64,000 bases of DNA, from contig CALZXR010000001.1 of the NCBI GenBank assembly GCA_945830165.1, positions 315 to 64,314 of the forward strand, written 5' to 3'. The notes beneath the pieces are model-generated. The model had not been told where the DNA came from, made no database searches, and saw nothing but the letters and a program-made list of their open reading frames with translations. The translations under genes and the position numbers were made by a program. Source of the stretch: an uncultured Lachnospiraceae bacterium. Its GTDB lineage: Bacteria; Bacillota; Clostridia; Lachnospirales; Lachnospiraceae. Positions 38,100 to 47,275 of this stretch are shown piece after piece; position 1 is the stretch's first letter, and each line of letters begins with the position of its first letter.

Positions 38100-38645
38100 T
38101 TACTGCTCCATCTGTTTTCCGAGAAATGCCGCCGCACACATCACCACTTTGCACTCCGCCTCGCCAAATTTATTCTTTTCCCCTTTATTGAGCAGAATCA
38201 CCGAACCGATGATATCTCCCTCACAAAGTATCGGTGAAATAATCTCCGACTGATACCCGCTCATATTATCAACGACATCGACGAATCTATTTGTTCCCTG
38301 TTCTGCAATAACCTGTTCCCTCATCCTCATGGTCTTTTCCATATCTTTGCCTATATATTTTTCCTGAAAATCACGTTTCCCGGCTCCCGCCGCCGCAATC
38401 ACCTGATCGTTATCTGTGATGCACACGGTGCACCCCATCGTCTGAGCAAGGCTTTCCGCATACTGACCTGCCAGCGTCCCAAGTTCTCCGATAGGAGAAT
38501 ACTTCTTTAAAATCACTTCTCCTTCCCGGTCGGTAAATATCTCCAGCGGGTCTCCTTCCCTTATACGCAGTGTACGTCTGATTTCCTTCGGAATCACTAC
38601 GCGGCCAAGCTCATCTATTCTACGAACGATTCCTGTAGCTTTCAT
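38100..38645 (-). CDS. spoVT: Stage V sporulation protein T (AbrB + GAF)
   Basis: MKATGIVRRIDELGRVVIPKEIRR; GDIIGSVIL; FLGKQME. Confidence 0.95.
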   Translation of the reverse strand: MKATGIVRRIDELGRVVIPKEIRRTLRIREGDPLEIFTDREGEVILKKYSPIGELGTLAGQYAESLAQTMGCTVCITDNDQVIAAAGAGKRDFQEKYIGKDMEKTMRMREQVIAEQGTNRFVDVVDNMSGYQSEIISPILCEGDIIGSVILLNKGEKNKFGEAECKVVMCAAAFLGKQMEQ

Positions 38646-38686
38646 ATATGAATTCCTCCATTTACTGTACTAAACATTTCTGGAAA

Positions 38687-38715
38687 TAGTATCTGTAAAT
38701 GGATGTATTTTATAC
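38687..38715 (-). promoter_or_regulatory. SigG/SigF-type forespore promoter of spoVT
   Basis: Minus strand GTATA, 17 nt, GATACTA, close to the GYATA/CATACTA consensus; spoVT is SigG-dependent in B. subtilis. Confidence 0.6.
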
Positions 38716-38865
38716 ATTCAGCTATACCATGTTCAATAAAAAGCTCTTGGGACATGTTCATATGACAGAATGCTGTGAAACCCATTTTATCAGCTATTGA
38801 AAAATACACTTTATTCTGCTAAAATTGAGAAAGTCCGAATAAAGATGAAAGATAGGGAGAATGCT

Positions 38866-39507
38866 ATGAGTTTAACAATACCAATTGAAACTTCTGCCAG
38901 ACATATCCATCTCTGTGAAGAAGATTTCAAAATATTATTTGGTCCTGATGCGAAACTCACTTATGTAAAAGAATTGAGCCAGCCAGGGCAATATGCCTGC
39001 CGGGAACGTGTGGCAGTCGTAGGTCCGAAAGGCCGTTTTGATAAGGTAGTTATCCTGGGGCCTTTCCGTTCCAAAACCCAGGTAGAGATTTCCGTGACAG
39101 ACGCAAGAAAACTTGGTATTCCGGGGGTCATTCGCCAATCAGGGGAAACTGCCGGAACCCCCGGATGTACACTTATCGGTCCTGCCGGCAGTCTTGAGTT
39201 AAAAGAGGGCGTAATCGTCGCAAAACGTCACATACACATGACGCCGATCGATGCCATGCGTGCCCGTGTAAAAGATAATGATATTGTATTTGTCATCACA
39301 ACAAGCTACGAACGTTCCCTCATCTTTTCCGATGTAGTGGTACGTGTCAGCCCTTCCTTTTCCCTTGCAATGCATGTGGATACTGATGAGGCGAATGCAT
39401 TTGCAAATGAAGACAACCCGACCGGTGTTATCCTGAAATTATTTGACGGGCACACATATAATCTGCAGCTCTGGGCAGAAGAACTACAGTCAGGAATCAA
39501 TCGATAA
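38866..39507 (+). CDS. pduL: PduL-family phosphate propanoyltransferase
   Basis: ETSARHIHL, LSQPGQYA, QVEISVTD, VAKRHIHM, MHVDTDEANA. Confidence 0.9.
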   Translation: MSLTIPIETSARHIHLCEEDFKILFGPDAKLTYVKELSQPGQYACRERVAVVGPKGRFDKVVILGPFRSKTQVEISVTDARKLGIPGVIRQSGETAGTPGCTLIGPAGSLELKEGVIVAKRHIHMTPIDAMRARVKDNDIVFVITTSYERSLIFSDVVVRVSPSFSLAMHVDTDEANAFANEDNPTGVILKLFDGHTYNLQLWAEELQSGINR

Positions 39508-39642
39508 CGGGCTTCATTGTAACTGGCAGAATAAAATGATTGCCGGCCGGTTTTTGAAATCTTCCGTCAATCCATTTTTAAATTAACAATACAACTAATT
39601 AATTTACAAGCACAATTTCTATAATTACAGGAGGGATTTATA

Positions 39643-40089
39643 ATGAGTAAAATCGATGAAGTAAGAAGTGCAATGATCGCCGCCATGAAAGCCGGCGAAA
39701 AAGAACGGAAAGCAGCTCTGTCTTTTCTGCTTTCCTCTCTGAAGAACAAAGCCATTGATAAACGTGCTGACCTGACAGAAGAAGAAGAAGGACAGGTGAT
39801 CCTCAAGGAAATCAAGCAGCTGAAAGAAACGCTGGACATGACCCCGGCGGACAGGACCGACATTATTGAAGAATGTAAGCTTCGCATTTCCGTTATCGAG
39901 GAATTTGCCCCGAAGATGATGGGCGAAGAAGAAATCAAAGCTGTCGTTCAGGAAGTTCTTAACAGCCTCGGAATTGATTCCCCGACTCCGAAGGATAAAG
40001 GAAAGATTATGAAAGAGCTTATGCCAAAGGTAAAAGGCAAAGCTGACGGTAAGCTTGTAAGCGAGATCGTTGCATCTTTCATGGAGTAA
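39643..40089 (+). CDS. GatB/YqeY domain protein
   Basis: AAMKAGEKE, MGKIMK-like GKIMKELMPKVKGKADGK; RBS GGAGG. Confidence 0.9.
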   Translation: MSKIDEVRSAMIAAMKAGEKERKAALSFLLSSLKNKAIDKRADLTEEEEGQVILKEIKQLKETLDMTPADRTDIIEECKLRISVIEEFAPKMMGEEEIKAVVQEVLNSLGIDSPTPKDKGKIMKELMPKVKGKADGKLVSEIVASFME

Positions 40090-40093
40090 ACTT

Positions 40094-41023
40094 ATGTTCG
40101 CATTAATATTCAACCAGATGCTGAAAATGCTTTTCATCATGCTGCTGGCTTTTATCTGTTATCGGGTAAAACTGGTGAATCAGGAAGGGAACCGCAGTTT
40201 TTCCAACCTGCTTCTTCTGGTCGTCAATCCATGCCTGATCATCACAGTATATCAGGTCGACTACGACACAGAGCTGATAAAAGGACTCTTGCTGACGCTG
40301 TGTACTGCTTTCGCCGCACATGGCGTCGCTATTCTGATTGCACGGATATTTATCCGTGAAAAAGGAAATCCGGATTTTAATATTGAGCGGTTCACTGCCA
40401 TATACTCCAACTGTGGGTTCATCGGCATCCCTCTGATCAACAGCATTCTCGGAAGCAAAGGAGTGTTTTATCTCTCCGCATATATTACCGTATTCAATCT
40501 TCTGGTCTGGACACATGGTCTGGGGCTGATGAACGGAGAACATTCCGGAAAAATTTCCGGCAAACAGTTCAGGGAAATCCTGACTTCCCCGATGATTCTT
40601 GCAACGGTGGGCTCCCTGATTCTGTTCTTTTTACAGATCCGTCTTCCGCAGACCCTGCTGGACGCTATGACCTATGTTGCTGACATGAATACACCTCTGG
40701 CGATGATGGTAGCAGGATTCTCTGTGGCACAGACAGATTTTAAAAAAGTGTTCCACAAACTGCAGATATACAAAGTATGTATTCTGAAGCTTCTGGCTGT
40801 TCCGCTTGCTGTTTTGGTTCTTTTGTCTGTCTGCCGGATTGACAGAAATGTTGCGTACACCGTCCTGGTTGCGGCAGCATGTCCGTCGGCAACCACTGCC
40901 ACGATGATGGCCATTCGTTATAATAAAAATTATACTTACGCATCAGAAATATTTTCGTTTACAACAGTGCTATCAATTATCACTATTCCGGCTATAACCT
41001 TTATCGCCGGATTCCTGATTTAA
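40094..41023 (+). CDS. AEC (auxin efflux carrier) family transporter
   Basis: VVNPCLI, SNCGFIGIP, MNTPLAMM, CPSAT; about 10 TM; ATG 40094 after GGAG. Confidence 0.88.
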   Translation: MFALIFNQMLKMLFIMLLAFICYRVKLVNQEGNRSFSNLLLLVVNPCLIITVYQVDYDTELIKGLLLTLCTAFAAHGVAILIARIFIREKGNPDFNIERFTAIYSNCGFIGIPLINSILGSKGVFYLSAYITVFNLLVWTHGLGLMNGEHSGKISGKQFREILTSPMILATVGSLILFFLQIRLPQTLLDAMTYVADMNTPLAMMVAGFSVAQTDFKKVFHKLQIYKVCILKLLAVPLAVLVLLSVCRIDRNVAYTVLVAAACPSATTATMMAIRYNKNYTYASEIFSFTTVLSIITIPAITFIAGFLI

Positions 41024-41034
41024 ACAGGCAATTG

Positions 41035-41078
41035 AAAATGCCGCCCGATTATCTGTACCGATAAAACGGCGGCATTTT
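41035..41078. terminator. Bidirectional terminator
   Basis: AAAATGCCGCC...GGCGGCATTTT between convergent genes. Confidence 0.8.
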
Positions 41079-41119
41079 GTATCAGCCACTTTTTAAAACT
41101 CTTATGATTAATCACTCTG

Positions 41120-41797
41120 TCACGTTACAGGTTCTATCCCGCACACATATAGCTCATCTTCTTCCACACGAAACTTAATCTCCCAGCCTTCAAACTGCAT
41201 TCCATATATCCGTTCCGGGTCGTTCTGATAGGATGGTCTCGGATCCTGCCGGAGAATCTGGCAGAGTACCTTTTCATCCTCCGATTTCATAATGTTCCGC
41301 AGATGCCCGGGAAATTCCACCTTCAATCTGTCCTCTTTTACAACAGCAGAAAAGCCACCTGAAGCCTCAGACCTGCTGTCTATATGCGGGAGATATGGCT
41401 TGATATCATAAATCGGTGTTCCGTTCATCAAATCGGCCCCTTTTATATGCAGCACAGGACCTTTCGGCGTCTGCCATTCTATCCGGGTCAATTCCACCAC
41501 TGACAGCCCGATCGGGTTCGGACGGAACGGAGACCTCGTTGCGAACACTCCCTTTCTTTTATTCCCGCCAAGTCTTGGCGGTCGGACCGTAGGAGACCAT
41601 TTATCCCGTACCGATTCTGAAAATTCCCACAAAAGCCAGATATGAGAATACTCTTCCAAACCTTTAAGTGCATCCGGATTCCGGTATTCCGGCTCAAAAA
41701 TAATTCTCGCCAGAGTATCTGCCAGGCAGCTCTGCCTTGGAATGCCGAATTTCTCCGGAAAACCATTTTCAATTATCGCAATCGGATGTAATATCAT
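41120..41797 (-). CDS. trmO: tRNA m6t6A37 methyltransferase TrmO (TsaA)
   Basis: KFGIPRQ, TVRPPRLGGN, FATRSPFRPNPIGLS, GTPIYDIKPY; start MILHP at 41797. Confidence 0.92.
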   Translation of the reverse strand: MILHPIAIIENGFPEKFGIPRQSCLADTLARIIFEPEYRNPDALKGLEEYSHIWLLWEFSESVRDKWSPTVRPPRLGGNKRKGVFATRSPFRPNPIGLSVVELTRIEWQTPKGPVLHIKGADLMNGTPIYDIKPYLPHIDSRSEASGGFSAVVKEDRLKVEFPGHLRNIMKSEDEKVLCQILRQDPRPSYQNDPERIYGMQFEGWEIKFRVEEDELYVCGIEPVT

Positions 41798-41971
41798 GCT
41801 TTTTTCCTTCCCTTTATTGTTTTTATACAAAGAACCGGCATCAAAAACTTTTCTGTGCGCCAAAATTATCGAACTGCCTGTATACGGAATTGTTTTAATG
41901 CGAAATCGTCCTAAGAAACAAGGGACAGCAATCGCTGCCCCTTGCATATTCTGCCATATATTCAGCACAAT

Positions 41972-44900
41972 TTATTCATCAATCTCCGTGTAGCGGCTGA
42001 TGATTGTTGCACACTCTGCACGGTTTGTACTGCCCTGAGGGTCAAGCACCTTCGGTTCTTCGCCTTTACCGCTGATAATGCCTTTTGCTGTGCACCATTC
42101 CATTCCGTCTACCGCGAATTTCTGAACCTTATCCCCATCTGGGAATCCACTCAGGCTCTTTGACTCTGATGTATCCAGTTCCTTGTAATTTGCATATCTG
42201 TACATCATGACAGCCATCTGTTCACGCGTGATATTATCTGACGGACCAAATTTACCAGTATCCGAATAGCCGGTTACGATACCTTTTTCTGCAGCCCAGA
42301 GGATTGCATCCGTATACCAGATATTGTCCTGCACATCCGGGAACTTATCGGAATATTCAACCTTCGGCTCGCCCTCCATACGATAAAGAATAACTGCAAA
42401 CTGTGCCCTTGCAAGATTCTGATCCGGTCCGAAGGTTTTTTCATCCAGACCGGTCATGAGTTCTTTTACGTATACATCATATACGTAATCATAGAACCAC
42501 TCACCTTCACTGACATCCTCATATGGAAGCTCTATTTCTATCGGTTCATCAGGCTTCTTACTTAAGCCTTCCAGTGCCTTGGTCAGATCCTCCAGCGCAG
42601 ATGCAATCTGCTCTTCTGTCGCATCAGGGTCTGCGGAAACCTTCTTTGCGGCAAGCAAAGCTGTTTCAAATGCCTTGTAAGATTCTTCTGTATAAAGATC
42701 TTTATCTGCTTCTGCTTTTGCAGCTTCTTTAATCTTTGCTTCAAGTGCAGTCTTATCCGGTACGGTCGGTTCCGGATCTGTTCCTGGATCTGGGTCTGTT
42801 CCCGGATCCGTCGTCTTCTCAACGAGCTTCAGGGATACCATTGCCGCATCAAGTGCTCTCTTCATAATTTCAACATCATTTGCATCCGGATTTTCTGATG
42901 CTGTCAGGGTTTTTGCTTCCTGAATCTTATCCTGCAGCGCATTCCATGAACCTTCTGTATAATTGTTGTTCTCTATTGTCTCAGCCTGACTGATTTTTGC
43001 CTGAAGACCTTCGACATCAGCAGTAACACTTGCCAGATGTATTTTTAACTCTGCCGCAGAACCATTATTATTTACCGCTTCCAGATAAACAAGGCGCACA
43101 TGTTTTGTTGTTACTGTATCAAATGTAAGTTCATATGTTCCTGTACCTGTCAGGCCTGTTCCTTCTTTTACTGTCGTATAGGTCTGACCGTCATCACTGA
43201 CCTGAATTTCATATTTGCTCGGATTTCCGTTTGTCCCTGTCTGACGGGTAACGTAGGTAATTCCGTTTATCGCCGTCGGCTGTGCCATTTCCAGGTCAAT
43301 CCAGTGCGGCATAGTTTCAATAGACCACTGAGAATGCCACATAGTAGTCAGATCATCGTCCAGAACCTTGCCTGGCGCGGAACCACCATCCTGATAGGAT
43401 GATGCTGTCGCAGTAATTGTAGTATTATCAACATAGTTAACATTTGCTTTTGTTTTTACTTCCAAAGCTGCAAGTGCCTCGGCAAGCTGTGCTTCATATC
43501 CGTCTACCGTACTCTGCATTGATGCCGGAAGATCTTCCCTGACAGAAGAAAGCACACGATTCAGGTTTTCCACAGATTCATCCGTAAACGATGACATATC
43601 TTCAAGAACCAGATCTTTATATGCATTCACACGGCTGTAATCCGCTTTCTCATAATCTGTCTTTTCAATTTCAGCACTTATCATCTCTGTCAGTTCCTCA
43701 ACAGCCGATGCGTCCGCCGAATACTGAATGAAGATTTCCTCCGCCTGTTTAACATATCCTGCAAGAGTCGTGTTTTCATTCTCTTTCAAAAGTGCTTCTG
43801 CTGTCAGCACTGCGTAATCGAGTTCCATTGTTGAAGCAAAGTCATCATTTCCACCAAGACGTACATCATCCACATATCCGATAAATGCATTCGTCTCACT
43901 TCCGACTCTTTCCATCGGGATCATCATTGTTGCCAGCATTGGCCTTCCTTCGATCCTCTCATCATCGCCAAGCGTATCTATAAGCTTTCCGTTCACATAA
44001 AGCTGTACCACATTCTGCTGATTCTTGATTTCCAGTTCAACCCATTCATTAACCGGAAGCTCATAATTAAAGGAATAATCAAAATTCTCTCTGGACAGTC
44101 CTACTTTTCCTGTTTCTTTCTGAACTGCTTTGATACTTCCGTAACTGCTCTCAAACAGGATCTGTTCGTCTGTACTGTCTGAAGTTCTCTTTACTTTTAC
44201 TCTTAAGTCATTTCCAAGACCTGCAGTTGTAAGAGGTGTTGAAGCGTAGCTTTCATCTCCGTTAAGCTTCAGTGCATTTCTTCCGTCGACAGCTTCAATA
44301 GAAGCATTCTTCAATTCTGTAATATCATAGGAATTTGCAGAAGCATCTGTCTTATCATCCATCGGAAGGTTGACAATTGCACCTTCTTCATCAATGCTCT
44401 CAACCTCGTAACCAAAATTCGTTCCCGGTGCATCCCCGAGTTCTTCATCCAATGCCTTCGCTTCGTTCAGGCTCATCGCATCTTCACTCTTGCCCCAGAG
44501 TTTTGCACCCATCAGAGGAATTGCATTTTCAATACGGTCAAACACATCATATTCACTGACACCGTTGTTCAAATAGTCTGTCATATCATTCCATACTGCA
44601 AATGCACCGCCGAGCATCTGGCTGTCTCCTGCCGGAATGGTAACACCTCCGATAGAGTTGATCGGCAGATTGTACAGAGTACCGTCATTCAGATAATCAT
44701 AATAATACCCTGCGTTTGGAACAATATAATAATTTCCGTCATTACAGTTGATCAGGTCGAAGCCTTCTTCATACATCTGATCCATGTTCGCCCATCCAAA
44801 GTTCCACAGGTTCATCTGTACACCTTCGCCCGGAACATCCACAGAACCGTCGCCTTTGATAGAAGTGAGACTTCCCCAGATACGCGGTGTCCTGCCGCTT

Positions 44901-47179
44901 GCTTTTACATAAGAAATCATATCATTGCTGAATCTTCTGTAAGCATTTCCGTCTGCACTATATTCATCTGCACCGATGTGAACGATGGTATCTTCGTCGA
45001 ATACCGGATCTGCAAGGTCTGTACCCATGTATTCGTCAAAAATACTTTTTACAAATGCAAAACTTTCGTCATACTTTGTTGTCAGATTCAAATGGTCATT
45101 GTCACGTCCATATGTCCCGTGACGAAGATCAGGTCTTACCTTGGTCAAAGCAAGTGAATGTGCCGGGGTATCGATCTCCGGAACAATATTTACACCACAA
45201 ACACGAGATTCCTTGATAAATGCCCTGAATTCATCTTTTGTATAGAATACGTCCGTGCTGGTAAGATCTGCCTGGTTCAGTCCGCCGTTGCCGCCTTCCT
45301 TAATATCTGATTCCAGACGGAATCCGGAATATGCCTGCATTGCGTCCTCCCCTGCATTTGTGTAGTTTTCCAGCGGAATAAGGTTATCATTCAAGTGTAC
45401 CTGGAAATCATTCATTTTGTACCAGGACATTTCTTTTACTACCTGTTTCAGATAATCCATTGTAAATGTCTTTCTTCCGACATCCAGAATGAACCCGCGC
45501 ACTTCGTAAAGAGGATAATCCCTTGTTTTTCCTTTCGGAATCGTACCTGTCTGTTTCAGACTCTGGAGAATCGTCCTTGTTGCCCAGTACGCACCCGTCG
45601 TTGTCTCAGAGTAAACTGCGACAGAATCTTCGATTTCCATATAATAGCCTTCATCCTTCAGACCGGTAATCGTTGTCTCTTTGGCATCGCCAAAGTAGAA
45701 GTCTCCTGCAGCTGCAGAAGATTTCGTTCCGACTGAAATCTGCAGGTTCTTTCCAAAAAGTTCTTCATAATCAGAAGCAAGCTCTTCTGCCACATCTCTG
45801 TAGCTTTCATCTGCAATTATGATTTTGCTGCTGTCTGTCGGTTTAAACTCGCCGCTGCCGCCTTTCCATTCTCTCAGCTCCGGAAGAATGGAAGGTGCCG
45901 TGTTGTCACTTTCCTCAACAATGTAGATTCCCGGAACAGTAACTTCCACCTCTTTAAAGGAATAGTTCTCTGTCCAGTCCTCCGTGTCTTTTTCCGTTAT
46001 TTTAAAAGATACTTTTACCTTTGTATCTACAAGAGGTCTGTGGATTGTCAGGTCATCGTCCACCACCTGCTCATAATCCGTGCCGTTATATACTGCTGTA
46101 TAAGTATCGGATTCAGGAATATGTACAGTCAATTTTTCGTCATCCGCGGACGGAGCATCAACAGTTATGCCTTCTGCAAATGAATCCATTGTCTCAGTTG
46201 AAGCTGGTATACCGCCGTATACTTCCAGCTCATAAATCGAAACAGTATTCCATTCAATGCCTCCGTCCGGATCTTCCGCTGTGAATGAATCGATATAAAG
46301 TCTGACATATCTCGCCTTCTGTACACTGTCCAGCGTCACCGTCTCTTTGATACTTGCCGGACGCTCAGTGAAAACCTTCGCATCCGTCCAGTCAGAATCT
46401 GCCATCGGACTGCTGAGCGTATCTGCAAGCTGCACTTTATATGCTGTTGCTTTTCTGTTCTCCCAGAAAATCTTAATCGTCTGGACATTCATTTCTTTGC
46501 CCAGGTCTACATAAATCCAGTGCGGTCCGTCTCCTATGTCGCTTCCCCAGCGTGAAGTCCTGCTTGCAGTATCTCCGTCCACAGCATTGGATGCTGTCAC
46601 TGTTGATGCCTCCTCAGAACTTGCCACTGCAGTTTTTCCACGTGCAACATTTTCATTCGGGTCCTGCATATCATCGCTTAAATACTTCACTTTAAAATCC
46701 CGGCAGGAAACACTCGGATATCCATATACTCCGGTTACCTCCAGTTTGACATAACGGCCGCTTACTGCTGTGCTCAAAGTTTCTTCGGATCTTGCAGCAG
46801 TATTGCCTGTTCTTGCCACAACCGGACTGCCCCAGTCATCCGTGCTGTCGGACACATATATATTATAAGATGAGGCATATACGCTTGCGCTTTCCCAGAT
46901 CATGGAAAAGTAATTCATAGTCAGGGTTTCTCCCAGATCCACATATGCCCACTGCGTTGCATTGCTCTCTGTAGACCAGCGGCTATCTTCATCTCCATCT
47001 GTCAGATAAGACGCCGGCATCGTTGAATATTGTGCACTTGCTGTAACTGCCTTGTTCAACGCAAGATCATCTGTTGACGGTTCCTGTGCGGAAACAAGGA
47101 TGCTTCCGGAAGCCAGCATGGTAACACTGAGCATCCAGGCAAGCATTCTTTTTCCTGTTGTTTTAAATATTCTTTTCAT
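41972..47179 (-). CDS. Multimodular secreted GH20 beta-N-acetylhexosaminidase (CBM32 x2, GH20, LamG-like, CBM32, FIVAR, SLH x3)
   Basis: Signal peptide; F5/8-type repeats; RGFILDVGRK, VPEIDTPAH, HIGADE catalytic pair; PT/PD linker; three SLH repeats. Confidence 0.88.
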   Translation of the reverse strand: MKRIFKTTGKRMLAWMLSVTMLASGSILVSAQEPSTDDLALNKAVTASAQYSTMPASYLTDGDEDSRWSTESNATQWAYVDLGETLTMNYFSMIWESASVYASSYNIYVSDSTDDWGSPVVARTGNTAARSEETLSTAVSGRYVKLEVTGVYGYPSVSCRDFKVKYLSDDMQDPNENVARGKTAVASSEEASTVTASNAVDGDTASRTSRWGSDIGDGPHWIYVDLGKEMNVQTIKIFWENRKATAYKVQLADTLSSPMADSDWTDAKVFTERPASIKETVTLDSVQKARYVRLYIDSFTAEDPDGGIEWNTVSIYELEVYGGIPASTETMDSFAEGITVDAPSADDEKLTVHIPESDTYTAVYNGTDYEQVVDDDLTIHRPLVDTKVKVSFKITEKDTEDWTENYSFKEVEVTVPGIYIVEESDNTAPSILPELREWKGGSGEFKPTDSSKIIIADESYRDVAEELASDYEELFGKNLQISVGTKSSAAAGDFYFGDAKETTITGLKDEGYYMEIEDSVAVYSETTTGAYWATRTILQSLKQTGTIPKGKTRDYPLYEVRGFILDVGRKTFTMDYLKQVVKEMSWYKMNDFQVHLNDNLIPLENYTNAGEDAMQAYSGFRLESDIKEGGNGGLNQADLTSTDVFYTKDEFRAFIKESRVCGVNIVPEIDTPAHSLALTKVRPDLRHGTYGRDNDHLNLTTKYDESFAFVKSIFDEYMGTDLADPVFDEDTIVHIGADEYSADGNAYRRFSNDMISYVKASGRTPRIWGSLTSIKGDGSVDVPGEGVQMNLWNFGWANMDQMYEEGFDLINCNDGNYYIVPNAGYYYDYLNDGTLYNLPINSIGGVTIPAGDSQMLGGAFAVWNDMTDYLNNGVSEYDVFDRIENAIPLMGAKLWGKSEDAMSLNEAKALDEELGDAPGTNFGYEVESIDEEGAIVNLPMDDKTDASANSYDITELKNASIEAVDGRNALKLNGDESYASTPLTTAGLGNDLRVKVKRTSDSTDEQILFESSYGSIKAVQKETGKVGLSRENFDYSFNYELPVNEWVELEIKNQQNVVQLYVNGKLIDTLGDDERIEGRPMLATMMIPMERVGSETNAFIGYVDDVRLGGNDDFASTMELDYAVLTAEALLKENENTTLAGYVKQAEEIFIQYSADASAVEELTEMISAEIEKTDYEKADYSRVNAYKDLVLEDMSSFTDESVENLNRVLSSVREDLPASMQSTVDGYEAQLAEALAALEVKTKANVNYVDNTTITATASSYQDGGSAPGKVLDDDLTTMWHSQWSIETMPHWIDLEMAQPTAINGITYVTRQTGTNGNPSKYEIQVSDDGQTYTTVKEGTGLTGTGTYELTFDTVTTKHVRLVYLEAVNNNGSAAELKIHLASVTADVEGLQAKISQAETIENNNYTEGSWNALQDKIQEAKTLTASENPDANDVEIMKRALDAAMVSLKLVEKTTDPGTDPDPGTDPEPTVPDKTALEAKIKEAAKAEADKDLYTEESYKAFETALLAAKKVSADPDATEEQIASALEDLTKALEGLSKKPDEPIEIELPYEDVSEGEWFYDYVYDVYVKELMTGLDEKTFGPDQNLARAQFAVILYRMEGEPKVEYSDKFPDVQDNIWYTDAILWAAEKGIVTGYSDTGKFGPSDNITREQMAVMMYRYANYKELDTSESKSLSGFPDGDKVQKFAVDGMEWCTAKGIISGKGEEPKVLDPQGSTNRAECATIISRYTEIDE

Positions 47180-47275
47180 TCTTTATTTTCCTTCTTTTAT
47201 GAACAACAGAAGCCTCGGAGCAAGCCGGTATAACTTGACCCAAGGTTTCTGTTATTTCATATATTTTTTTACCTT

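Noticed and set aside
42766-42812. Short tandem repeats, possible CRISPR or VNTR
   Set aside because: In-frame coding linker (TDPGTDPDPGTDPEP) of the GH20 protein.
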